From the IMG/VR virus record IMGVR_UViG_3300037455_000462, positions 32,001 through 96,000 of that record: a stretch of DNA of 64,000 nucleotides. One strand, 5' to 3'. This document shows positions 27,707 through 36,503 of the stretch, one piece after another. The stretch's first letter is position 1; each line of letters begins with the position of its first letter. The notes beneath the pieces are model-generated. The model was not told the origin of the DNA. It did no database searches and was given only the letters and a program-made list of their open reading frames with translations. The DNA is from a virus (taxonomy: Duplodnaviria; Caudoviricetes). The position numbers were made by a program, and so were the translations under genes.

Positions 27707-28570
27707 TTAAAATAATGTTTTGTTGTTTTCTATTTGATAATTGACGACAAGAACCTCGTCATCGGAATCGGACTTGTTTGTCTTATGATATGATGAATTA
27801 TTGTATTTGCTGCCGAGATGGAACGTGTTGTATCTGCCGCATATATCTTCAAGTATCGGGTTTCCGTATTTCAGATTGTTTGAAACGGCAAACCTCACAC
27901 CACGGCTGTCAAGGTCACGGAGAATGTCGGACAGCGTTTGCTCCTGCGATTCAGTCCAACCGTTCTTCTCGTTGTAAACAGCCACGCTTCCCAAATACGG
28001 TGGGTCGAAATACACGAAGTCACGCTCTCCGAAAACCGAATAGTCAATGCGGTCAAATGAAAGGTTCGTGCATTTCACATCCTTGCCGCTGAAACGGATT
28101 TTCATATCGTAGATGCCTGCCTTTTGGACATCGGAAAAATACGAGCGGTTCTCACCAAACGGCATATTGAATTTGCCGTTGCTTCCGAACCTGCCCTGCG
28201 CGTTGAATGCGTAGCAACAAAGAACATAGAGCGTAATCCAATCCCCGCCGTTTTTGTTGTAGTCGTCCCTCAACTTCAGATAGCCGTCCTTGTTGTATAT
28301 TGACAATCTGTATTTCTCTATCACATTGTATATCCCCGATATGATGTCATCAAAATCGGTCGTGGCAAAACCGTTGAACATAGAGAACACATAATCCGCA
28401 TATTCATTGTAAACATAAGAATCCGCATCGGCGTTCAGCAGCACAGTACCGCTGCCGCCGAACACATCGACAAACGTGCCGATTCGTTTCGGAAACAAAG
28501 GGACAATCTGCGGGAGCAACTTGAATTTGTTCCCCGTGTAGTTGATTGGCGATTTCAGATAAGCGCACAT
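27707..28570 (-). CDS. Dam-like (D12 class) adenine DNA methyltransferase
   Basis: YTGNK, DVFGGSG, FN.PFG, YFDPPY; ends KTLF. Confidence 0.9.
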   Translation of the reverse strand: MCAYLKSPINYTGNKFKLLPQIVPLFPKRIGTFVDVFGGSGTVLLNADADSYVYNEYADYVFSMFNGFATTDFDDIISGIYNVIEKYRLSIYNKDGYLKLRDDYNKNGGDWITLYVLCCYAFNAQGRFGSNGKFNMPFGENRSYFSDVQKAGIYDMKIRFSGKDVKCTNLSFDRIDYSVFGERDFVYFDPPYLGSVAVYNEKNGWTESQEQTLSDILRDLDSRGVRFAVSNNLKYGNPILEDICGRYNTFHLGSKYNNSSYHKTNKSDSDDEVLVVNYQIENNKTLF

Positions 28571-28572
28571 AA

Positions 28573-29001
28573 CTAATCCAATTCAGTAACCAAGAACGAC
28601 CTCAATTTGCCGTCAAGGTATGCGTGTACGGTTGGATTCGTGTTGAGTTCGTCCTCCGTGTCCTCAACGCCGTAATCCTCCGTGTTACTGTTGGCATAGC
28701 GTTCCATATCGGTGAAGATAAGCCCGCTCCATCCGCCTGGACCTCCGAGGCTGTAAGTTTCAATCCCGTCACGAACCTCTCCGCTTTTCAACGTGAAACC
28801 GCCGTCAAAGTATTCAAGTTCGTGTTCACATCTGTCCAAGAATTCGTCAGTGCAGGTAAACGGGTTTTCGTGTTTCGCTTGCGGATTGTCCCACATAAGC
28901 GCAATCAGATGCTTGGCAAAGCCGAGGTCTTTCACCTCACCGTACTTGTCAATGACTTCATCGTACTTTACATCGTTGTAGTTTTTGTTCTTGCTTTCCA
29001 T
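28573..29001 (-). CDS. hypothetical protein
   Basis: 142-aa acidic ORF, tightly packed. Confidence 0.6.
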   Translation of the reverse strand: MESKNKNYNDVKYDEVIDKYGEVKDLGFAKHLIALMWDNPQAKHENPFTCTDEFLDRCEHELEYFDGGFTLKSGEVRDGIETYSLGGPGGWSGLIFTDMERYANSNTEDYGVEDTEDELNTNPTVHAYLDGKLRSFLVTELD

Positions 29002-29002
29002 A

Positions 29003-29731
29003 TTAAAAAAGTTTACTGTTAAACATATCCAATCGTTCCTTTGCTATGTTGAAATAGGTTTCGTCATTTTCTATGCCTATGAAATCCCTATTAAGATTAA
29101 GGCAGGCTACACCCGTAGTTCCGCTGCCCATACAGTTGTCAAGCACAACATCGCCCTCGTTAGTACCCATTCGGATTATACGCTCCATAAGGGCAACGGG
29201 CTTCTGTGTCGGATGACTTGTTTTCTCCTTCGAGTTATGCGGCAACGCGGGTATGTCAGCCCACACATCGGACAGCGTGATTCCGTCTTTCAGAACACCG
29301 TCCGTGTATTCTTTGCGTTTCGTGTCTGGTAATATCTTTATGTTATTGAACGTCCCGTTCTCGCCTTTGCAATAATACGAGATTGGCTCGTAGCCGCTTG
29401 CGAGAGCGTGACCGCGTGTGTTGTTGAAACCGCGCTTCCTGCACCAAATGATTATCCGTTTCTCCTTGAAACAAGTGTCGAGGATTCGGCAGATGTGTCT
29501 GTTATATTGGCGACTCGTGAAAAGGAAAACGTTGCCATTCGGCTTCAATATTCTGAAGTATTGGGCGACCAAGTATTCCACCCAAGACAAATACTCGCTC
29601 GATGTGTGCCATTGGTTGTCAAAGCCGTCAGCGACCACTTGGAAATAAGGAAGGTCGCAGACAACACAGTCAACCGAGTTGTCGGCGAAAGTCGGCATAA
29701 CCGAAAGGCAGTCGTCATTATACAGTTTCAT
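29003..29731 (-). CDS. N4/N6 DNA methyltransferase (beta class)
   Basis: DLPY, HPTQKP, LDNCMGSGTTG; ends SKLF. Confidence 0.9.
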   Translation of the reverse strand: MKLYNDDCLSVMPTFADNSVDCVVCDLPYFQVVADGFDNQWHTSSEYLSWVEYLVAQYFRILKPNGNVFLFTSRQYNRHICRILDTCFKEKRIIIWCRKRGFNNTRGHALASGYEPISYYCKGENGTFNNIKILPDTKRKEYTDGVLKDGITLSDVWADIPALPHNSKEKTSHPTQKPVALMERIIRMGTNEGDVVLDNCMGSGTTGVACLNLNRDFIGIENDETYFNIAKERLDMFNSKLF

Positions 29732-29733
29732 CG

Positions 29734-30135
29734 CTACAGATTGAAATACGAATTGACTGTATCATATATGGAAGCCATACACGCATCAAGTTTGTCTATA
29801 TAAACAAACCTGCTGTCGATGTCGAACTTGGCATCCTTCCACGCGATTCTGTAAGTGACCGAGGTTTCGATGTGCGTGCCATCGGTCTTGAGGTTGTCAT
29901 CGGGCTTGTTCATAACCTCGTATTCGTTGGTTATGATTCCCGTTATCTTTCCTTTGGAAACCGTAACGACATCGTTCACATCGTCATAACACTTGAAATA
30001 CACCGTGTCGCCAATCGACAACTCGTGCCAACCGAATCTGTTGTTTGTCTGCGTGTCCTTTATGGCGTGCCTGCCTGCCTCCAATATGACACGGAGAGCG
30101 TTTTCCGTCTTTTCGAAATCTTTTTTATTGCCCAT
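29734..30135 (-). CDS. hypothetical protein
   Basis: 133-aa ORF in operon. Confidence 0.6.
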   Translation of the reverse strand: MGNKKDFEKTENALRVILEAGRHAIKDTQTNNRFGWHELSIGDTVYFKCYDDVNDVVTVSKGKITGIITNEYEVMNKPDDNLKTDGTHIETSVTYRIAWKDAKFDIDSRFVYIDKLDACMASIYDTVNSYFNL

Positions 30136-31180
30136 TGATAAGTTTTTTTGCTATTTTCTTGATGTTCGATTTCACTTTGTCATCATATTCAAGCACATTG
30201 TCAACATACTTGTCAAGCATATCCTCTATGCTGACACACTCGCTCATACTGACTTTCGGCACATCTATAGTCAACGAACTTTTCTTCGGCACAAAATTGA
30301 TGTTGTAAATGTCGGAGTTGTTGTTGATGTAGCCGTATATCTTGTGAAAACTCAATTTCGAAAGAAGGTCGGAATCAACGCAAATATCAATATACTTGCG
30401 TTTGCAGAACTCCTTGAATTCGCGAAGCGGAAGGTCTTTCACTTCCTCATAGTCAACTCTCTTGAACTCTGCCGACACGCCGTTCCTATAAAACTCTTCA
30501 TCGCCGTTCTCTTTGACGCACATAACGCCTCTGTCGTTATCTCTGTCATTCTGCGACATCTGATATGGCGAACCCACATAGACTACGTTCTTGTAAGTCT
30601 GACGATGGTGTATGTGACCCGAATATATACGGCAGTCGAGTCGCGTGTCGTCCAAGTGGAGTTGGGATTCGGACTTGGTTCCAGAGGCGTTCATAGTGAC
30701 ACCGTTGAAATCGGCGTGGCAGACAACAATGTCGCAGTCATCCATACCGCAGAGCGTTTCGCTCAACAGACCGTTGTCGTTTATCCAAGGGACAAAGCCG
30801 ACAACCTTGCCATTTGGCATAGCGATGCTTTTCGGCTCTTTGATTACACTGATGTTCGGTATATGCTTCAAGCAATCAATGGAAGTGATGTCGTTGCTGT
30901 CTTTTTCATAGGCATCGTGGTTGCCGCAAAGCACATACACCTGCGAGAACATACGACCGAGTTTCTCGAAGATGTCCATAGTGAACGCCAACGTAGTAAG
31001 CCCGACCGTCTGTCTGTTGTCGAACACGTCCCCGCAATGTATGAGTATATCACCCTTGCGAGCCTTTTTCTCGAAAAGCGGGAACACGAATTTATCGAAG
31101 CATTCCCTAAAATGCTCCTCCCAAACTTTTGAATTGTTCTTTAATCCGAAATGCGTGTCGGAAATAAGCCAAATATTCAT
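30125..31180 (-). CDS. gp47: recombination endonuclease subunit (gp47/SbcD/Mre11-like)
   Basis: SDTHFG, GDVFD, GNHD, SGHIH, YVGSP. Confidence 0.9.
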   Translation of the reverse strand: MNIWLISDTHFGLKNNSKVWEEHFRECFDKFVFPLFEKKARKGDILIHCGDVFDNRQTVGLTTLAFTMDIFEKLGRMFSQVYVLCGNHDAYEKDSNDITSIDCLKHIPNISVIKEPKSIAMPNGKVVGFVPWINDNGLLSETLCGMDDCDIVVCHADFNGVTMNASGTKSESQLHLDDTRLDCRIYSGHIHHRQTYKNVVYVGSPYQMSQNDRDNDRGVMCVKENGDEEFYRNGVSAEFKRVDYEEVKDLPLREFKEFCKRKYIDICVDSDLLSKLSFHKIYGYINNNSDIYNINFVPKKSSLTIDVPKVSMSECVSIEDMLDKYVDNVLEYDDKVKSNIKKIAKKLINGQ

Positions 31181-31666
31181 TTAGAAAAGTTTTGACCACC
31201 CGTCATCGCAGACGAGCAGGTTGTTCAACAATGCTTTGTTTGTCGTGTATTTTGACAACTCCTCGTAGAGTTTCACTTTCGCGCCGTTTGGCAGGTCTTT
31301 GATTACGGAATCGTATTTGAGGTTGAAGTAGTCGCAATATATAAGCAATATATTACTCAACGTGGTTATGTTCTTAAACACCACATATATCCTCAAAAGG
31401 TTCATAGGTATGTCGGCGATTCCGAGTTTGCGGGAGTCAACATTGAATATGTCATTGCAGTCGCGAATGTCCATAGTCTTTATGTAATTCACAACGCTCT
31501 CCTCGATTTCATCGACAACGCCGCCATAGTCGCTGACGGCGAACACATCCATATCCTCCGCCATAACACGCTTCATCGAAGATATGCTGTCCGATTCGGC
31601 AAAGGAATCCTTGTCGTTGTTGTAGTAGATTCCGCGCAGTTTATTAACGTCAATTCTTTTTCCCAT
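31181..31666 (-). CDS. hypothetical protein, possible gp33-like late-transcription co-activator
   Basis: C-terminal helical pattern YCDYFNL.YDSVIK.LP...K.KL..E...NLL and terminal KLF. Confidence 0.35.
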   Translation of the reverse strand: MGKRIDVNKLRGIYYNNDKDSFAESDSISSMKRVMAEDMDVFAVSDYGGVVDEIEESVVNYIKTMDIRDCNDIFNVDSRKLGIADIPMNLLRIYVVFKNITTLSNILLIYCDYFNLKYDSVIKDLPNGAKVKLYEELSKYTTNKALLNNLLVCDDGWSKLF

Positions 31667-32348
31667 TTTCTATCATTTTGAAAAACTCACCAATGGGTAT
31701 CTTCATAGTTTCGCCCGTCCTTTTGTTGCGCACACAGATTTCCGATTCTCCGCAAACGCACTTACCAATATTGGACTGACCAACATAGCATACGAGTGTT
31801 TTCTCGTCATAGCCGCCCGTGATACCATCCATATATTTATAGCCGCTGCGGATTTTCTTGCTCGTGTCTTGGTAGTGCGAATCTGGCTCAAAGAAGTCCA
31901 ATCCCTCGTCAAAATTGAAATTAACCCCGCTCGAAGAGCCAACCGTATCAACAATGCGCTGAACAACCGTGTCAACGTTGTCGATGTTGACATTCGTCAT
32001 CTTGGCGAACTCAACACTGTCAACAAGATTCTTCTGCAAGAACTTCCACTTAATCCAAGACTCCGCCGTTTTCTTCAGCCACTCGCTGTCGTAGTTGTCC
32101 GTGTCTATCGCGTAAACGGTTTCTATGAGTTCGTCTTCGATGTCAAGTTTGTCGCTATCGTGAACCAAAGCCTTCATTTGGTTCTCTGTCGGGACTTCCT
32201 TGTATTTGTCATAGAAACGCTTGGCAATGAGAATAAGGGCGGAGAGCGTCTTGTTGGAAAAGAAACTCTTGTCAACATTCTTGTAGTAAGTAGGGTTGTC
32301 CAAAATATATTTGAACACCACGCTCTCATTAGTCGTCACTTTCTCCAT
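31650..32348 (-). CDS. gp41: replicative helicase (gp41/DnaB-like) N-terminal part fused to a 36-aa split-intein N-fragment
   Basis: GLDFF...KIRSGY..MD.ITGG...Walker A GQSNIGK, then CVCGESEICVR...IPIGEFF and stop. Confidence 0.8.
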   Translation of the reverse strand: MEKVTTNESVVFKYILDNPTYYKNVDKSFFSNKTLSALILIAKRFYDKYKEVPTENQMKALVHDSDKLDIEDELIETVYAIDTDNYDSEWLKKTAESWIKWKFLQKNLVDSVEFAKMTNVNIDNVDTVVQRIVDTVGSSSGVNFNFDEGLDFFEPDSHYQDTSKKIRSGYKYMDGITGGYDEKTLVCYVGQSNIGKCVCGESEICVRNKRTGETMKIPIGEFFKMIENGKKN

Positions 32349-32598
32349 CCCACGGTGTGTTTAATATTGTTATGTTATCGTCCTTGACTTTTATGTTACC
32401 GCGATTGACAAGTTCCTGCATAAGTTCGGAGAGTATCTCATCATCCGCACTCACAACCTCGGACAACTTGCCGTACTTGAATTTCTGACCGCAATACACG
32501 ACCATATCATACAGCAGGTCATCCGAAGTCGGATAGGTGCTTTCATACTGATAAGTTCCCGTTATGTACTTGACGGGAACTTTGTTATAGTCAATCAT
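32329..32598 (-). CDS. hypothetical protein
   Basis: 89-aa ORF between the uvsX C-part and the helicase. Confidence 0.6.
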   Translation of the reverse strand: MIDYNKVPVKYITGTYQYESTYPTSDDLLYDMVVYCGQKFKYGKLSEVVSADDEILSELMQELVNRGNIKVKDDNITILNTPWDGESDD

Positions 32599-33278
32599 TA
32601 GTTTTCAAGTTGTTCTTTGATGAGGGTGTCGGTGTCGATGTCATCGCCGTCACCGTCCTCATCCAAAATGGTTTCAATTTCGTCATTGTTCTTGCTGTCG
32701 CTGTAAGCGAATATGCCTTTGATTACGTTTTCGTCAAGGCGTTTAATCGCATCCTCGTTCCAAACTTTAGCGGAACACACCTCCGACCATTTGAACGGTT
32801 CTAACCGATGGTCGGTGCAGATATACCTGCCGCTGTCTGACGGTTGGAAATAGACGTTCTCGTCAAGCGGGTGCTGACGGCATTTCTCCTTCTCGGCATC
32901 GCCGAGTTTGGCGTATTCCTTCGCCGTGATGAACTTTCCGCGACCGATACCGCAGGCATCCCAACTCATATACTCCTGCAAGCCGACAAATCGGTTCATA
33001 CCTTTTTGGAACGAGATATGGAACTTCACGACAGTCGGTACGCAGAAGCGGTTTTTCTGCGGCTTGGCTGTGACAATGATACCCGTTTGGTCTGTGCCTT
33101 CCTTCAGTTTGGCTTTCGTCATATTGAGAATGATGGACGCGCCGTACACAACACCAGTGTTATGATTGATGACACCATTATCTGTGATGTAATGCTGAAC
33201 TTCAGCAACAGTCAAATCATTAACTTTCATACAAGAGCCTTCTTGTACACTTTTTACCTTTAATGTCTTTAATTGCAT
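32598..33278 (-). CDS. uvsX: split-intein C-fragment (40 aa) fused to UvsX/RecA C-terminal part
   Basis: VNDLTV...HY..NGVINHN|TGVVYGAS...KNRF. Confidence 0.88.
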   Translation of the reverse strand: MQLKTLKVKSVQEGSCMKVNDLTVAEVQHYITDNGVINHNTGVVYGASIILNMTKAKLKEGTDQTGIIVTAKPQKNRFCVPTVVKFHISFQKGMNRFVGLQEYMSWDACGIGRGKFITAKEYAKLGDAEKEKCRQHPLDENVYFQPSDSGRYICTDHRLEPFKWSEVCSAKVWNEDAIKRLDENVIKGIFAYSDSKNNDEIETILDEDGDGDDIDTDTLIKEQLEN

Positions 33279-34230
33279 ATTCTACTGCTTTTTTAATTGA
33301 TTGTATGTTATTATTTTTTACATATAAATCGTTTACCCTTATTATTCCCAAAATATCATCGCGCACAGACATAATAACTTTATCTCTAATTTCGTCATAT
33401 TCCATATTATGCCAATATCCACCGTCATATTCCAATATGATAATACCATTATCGCATTTTATATACCCGTCACACACAATATACTGTTTATTATATACAT
33501 CACACAACATTGTATTTTGCACATTAATTCCAAAATGTAAATGTTTCACGTCAGATAAAAATGAAGACAAATTATCAAAAAACACATTCTCCTCCTTTGA
33601 AGAATAAGGTGTCCGCTCTCTCCAAAATTTATCTGGATTATCAATATATAACGCTTTTTTACTTTCAGACATTTTTTGAATATGTCTATAATACTCTTGT
33701 TCATCGGAATAACATTCTTTACAAGAACCGTTATATTTTCTAATAATCTTCTTGGATTCTTCTTCGCTAAAGCCAAGACCAATCCAATACGCAACAGACC
33801 AAACACTCATTTGGGATAACTCCTCGCGGCTATATTTTTGATTTTTAATTTCTGTAAACTTTTTTTGATAACCCGACACCATTTTAATAGCATCGTCTTC
33901 AGAATACCCACGAGATATATAGTATTCAGCACATCGTTTACTATTTCTACGCTGTTGATATAGAATACGCCTTTTTATATCCGAAACATCATCCCATCCC
34001 ATAGATTTCCAATAATCTATGGAAACAACACTTGAATTCTTACCATTACGCAATGACTTCATATATTTTGATATATTGTCATATACAGTCCTCATACGTT
34101 TTGTTTTTGATGTTTTGAATATATCATACAACAATTCTATGTGGTTTCTATTGTCTAAATTGACATTCGGGAATGAAACTGATATGTATTTTAAAAAATC
34201 GTTATAATTTTTGATGTCATCGTATTTCAT
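33220..34230 (-). CDS. free-standing homing endonuclease (Vsr/PD-(D/E)xK-like C-terminal domain)
   Basis: Three YW/YY..G[WYF]SE-type repeats; SKEE..F, CDGY, ILEYDGGYWH, D..RD; AT-rich; lies between the intein halves. Confidence 0.75.
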   Translation of the reverse strand: MKYDDIKNYNDFLKYISVSFPNVNLDNRNHIELLYDIFKTSKTKRMRTVYDNISKYMKSLRNGKNSSVVSIDYWKSMGWDDVSDIKRRILYQQRRNSKRCAEYYISRGYSEDDAIKMVSGYQKKFTEIKNQKYSREELSQMSVWSVAYWIGLGFSEEESKKIIRKYNGSCKECYSDEQEYYRHIQKMSESKKALYIDNPDKFWRERTPYSSKEENVFFDNLSSFLSDVKHLHFGINVQNTMLCDVYNKQYIVCDGYIKCDNGIIILEYDGGYWHNMEYDEIRDKVIMSVRDDILGIIRVNDLYVKNNNIQSIKKAVEYAIKDIKGKKCTRRLLYES

Positions 34231-34264
34231 TGTACTTTATTTTTAATATTTATAAAGTACAATG
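34228..34264 (-). promoter_or_regulatory. 13-bp hairpin sequestering the endonuclease start codon, with embedded late promoter TATAAATA (34247-34254)
   Basis: CATTGTACTTTAT-N11-ATAAAGTACAATG perfect inverted repeat. Confidence 0.75.
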
Positions 34265-34271
34265 CGGCGGA

Positions 34272-35252
34272 TTATTCATTAAAAATGAATTGTTTTACAA
34301 TATCGCCGTTAATCAAATCTCTTGCATATACCCAATTAGAATCATCATTAACATCGTCAGTTTCTCCTCCAACATAAAAACGATGGTCTTCCGAGCAAGT
34401 TATGACACTACCATCTTCAAACTCAATAGTATATGTGTTTTTTTCAAATTCCCAAGTTTTCAATATCTCCTTATTTCCGCATAATGTCATAACTTCATCA
34501 CCAACTCGTATATCCTCAATGTTTTTATACAAACCATCGGACATCAAAACTTTTGAACCAGGTATCAAACATCCACCGCTCTGTATGTCCTGCGAATACA
34601 AGTCAAGGGTTTTGTATGTGTGGTTGGTGAACACGAAAGTCCCGCCGATGATTCCGAGTTTGGACATCATAATTCTGAACACGGACTTCATCATCTTGGC
34701 GCGGCTCATATCAGCCTTGTCTGTGTAAGCCTTCGCATCGTCAATCTCTTTCTGCGAGGCAAGGTTGCCCGCGCTGTCAAGGGCTATGAAAAGTTTCGGA
34801 ATCTCGTTGCCGTCCGATTTCTCCTCGATGAGTTTGTCAAGGATGTTTGTCACATTGCTTCTGAACTCTTGGATTGTCTGCACGGGTTCGTAGCGCATCA
34901 TATCCAAGTCGATTCCGAAATTGGACGCAAGCGTGTCGTCAACGGCGTTCTCGCTGTCGTAGAATATGACGAAATATCCCATCTTCTGCGCCTCTCGGCA
35001 CATATTGAGCAGAAGGTAGGTTTTGCCGACACCCGACTCACCAGACAGACAAACACTTCTGTTGTTCGGAACGCCTTTCAAAAGGCTTCCGCTCATACAA
35101 GCGTTGAGAATGTAGTTGCCCGTATGGATATACTCGGTGATTTTTGAAGTGCCTCCGCCCTCGGACAGAAGTGCGCCGAATTTGGAGTTCTTGTTCATTT
35201 CCTTGTTGAGGTCGGCGATTGAAAACACGCCGCCTTTTGACTGTTTTGCCAT
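34272..35252 (-). CDS. uvsX: UvsX/RecA N-terminal part fused to split-intein N-fragment (99 aa)
   Basis: GESGVGKT, YDSE, LDSAG, TNHTY, QSGG|CLIPGSKV...CSEDHRF. Confidence 0.9.
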   Translation of the reverse strand: MAKQSKGGVFSIADLNKEMNKNSKFGALLSEGGGTSKITEYIHTGNYILNACMSGSLLKGVPNNRSVCLSGESGVGKTYLLLNMCREAQKMGYFVIFYDSENAVDDTLASNFGIDLDMMRYEPVQTIQEFRSNVTNILDKLIEEKSDGNEIPKLFIALDSAGNLASQKEIDDAKAYTDKADMSRAKMMKSVFRIMMSKLGIIGGTFVFTNHTYKTLDLYSQDIQSGGCLIPGSKVLMSDGLYKNIEDIRVGDEVMTLCGNKEILKTWEFEKNTYTIEFEDGSVITCSEDHRFYVGGETDDVNDDSNWVYARDLINGDIVKQFIFNE

Positions 35253-35270
35253 AGTGATATGTATTTTGGT

Positions 35271-35591
35271 TTATAATAATTCCATTTCAGAATAATCATC
35301 GTCATCATCGTCATCGGATTCAAATGCCTCGTCCGATTCAAAATCGACAATTTCATCCTCGTGAATGTCGCTGATATAGTCGCAAATGTAGCCATACAGT
35401 TCCATAATGTACTCTTTGTCGCCGTCAACTGTGAACGTCTCTCTGTCCTTGCATTCGATATGCAGGCGGAAACGCTCCGAATCAAGAGCATTGTGTTGCA
35501 GTTCCTTGATATAAATGCGACCAAGGTCTTCATCCTTGAAATGCACGAGCATCCCGTGTGGTGCTTCCTCTGATACAATTCTAATCCACAT
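35271..35591 (-). CDS. acidic hypothetical protein
   Basis: 106-aa ORF directly downstream of a promoter motif. Confidence 0.6.
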   Translation of the reverse strand: MWIRIVSEEAPHGMLVHFKDEDLGRIYIKELQHNALDSERFRLHIECKDRETFTVDGDKEYIMELYGYICDYISDIHEDEIVDFESDEAFESDDDDDDDYSEMELL

Positions 35592-35609
35592 AATATTCCG
35601 TTTTTACTA

Positions 35610-35621
35610 ATATAATAAAAA
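35610..35621 (-). promoter_or_regulatory. phage promoter-like motif TTTTTATTATAT
   Basis: Exact copy heading the uvsX/helicase operon. Confidence 0.6.
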
Positions 35622-35636
35622 AACACAAAAAATAAA

Positions 35637-36491
35637 TCAAAACAAGCCTTTTCGTGAGCATCCCTTCAGATACAGACTTTCCTTTACGATAGTGTCGTTC
35701 CTGCTTCCGAAAATCCTTGTGTAGGAACTGTTGCCGCTCAACACGTACTCGTGTCTGTCATAAAGGTATCTCGGAACTTCGTATGTATTGTCGTCATCCC
35801 CGTTTATTCCGTTGAACGAAAGGGCGTATGGACATTTCAATTCAAACATCCAATTCCAAAGTTCCTCAAAGTCGATAGAACCGAAATACATCCCCTTTGT
35901 GTTCGCATACGGCGGGTCAAGGTAAACAAAGTCATTTGCATTCGGCTTTATGTCACTATACGTGCAATTTATGAATTCAACGTCATTCTCATTCAAAAGA
36001 GAATTCCACTCATACACAATGGTCGCGAGTTTATCGGGTTGTATGCCATCCCGTGTCGCGTGATATGTATTGTTGAAATTACCATCCTTGTTGAACCTCG
36101 GAACACCGTTTGTCGTTGTGCGCATAATGAACATAAAGTCAAGCGGGTCTTTTGTCTCGTTATAACGAGAACGAATACCAACGAAGTAATCTTTCTTTTC
36201 CTCTATACTCTTTTTCTCGTGAATACCGCGCCACAATTCGCGGTAATGCTCAATCACATCGTAAGGTCTGTCCTTTATCGCGTTCCACAACTCGATAAGG
36301 CTTCCGTTCAAATCGCTGCACACATAGCGACCAACCTTGATTTTGCTCGAAAGCAGCCTGCGCAAAACACTCGCACCGCCGCAAAACGGCTCGTAGTATG
36401 TTTCTATTTTCTTCGGGAAATATCCGATTATATATTCCGCTTGGCTGCGCTTGCTGCCGCTCCACTTGATTACGGGTTCAAACATTCTCAA
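35637..36491 (-). CDS. Dam-like (D12 class) adenine DNA methyltransferase
   Basis: KWSGSK, YEPFCGGAS, YLDPPY; ends KGLF. Confidence 0.9.
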   Translation of the reverse strand: MRMFEPVIKWSGSKRSQAEYIIGYFPKKIETYYEPFCGGASVLRRLLSSKIKVGRYVCSDLNGSLIELWNAIKDRPYDVIEHYRELWRGIHEKKSIEEKKDYFVGIRSRYNETKDPLDFMFIMRTTTNGVPRFNKDGNFNNTYHATRDGIQPDKLATIVYEWNSLLNENDVEFINCTYSDIKPNANDFVYLDPPYANTKGMYFGSIDFEELWNWMFELKCPYALSFNGINGDDDNTYEVPRYLYDRHEYVLSGNSSYTRIFGSRNDTIVKESLYLKGCSRKGLF

Positions 36492-36503
36492 ATTACCCTT
36501 TCT

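Larger units (their letters stand above)
33159..34571 (-). mobile_element. split intein plus endonuclease cassette inserted in uvsX
   Basis: IntN 34275-34571, endonuclease, IntC 33159-33278; abrupt drop in GC relative to both exteins. Confidence 0.8.

Noticed and set aside
23535-29731. Restriction-modification or BREX/DISARM defence island
   Set aside because: No restriction endonuclease, helicase or PglZ partners lie beside the MTases, and the context is a phage replication operon.
31650-32348. Helicase as a simple frameshifted pseudogene
   Set aside because: No helicase C-terminal motifs appear in the downstream ORFs, and the tail begins with Cys exactly at a canonical intein site. Misassembly cannot be fully excluded.
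33220-34230. Group I intron in uvsX
   Set aside because: The flanks are intein blocks (Cys1...His; His-Asn|Thr) in separate ORFs, and there is no non-coding space for a ribozyme core.
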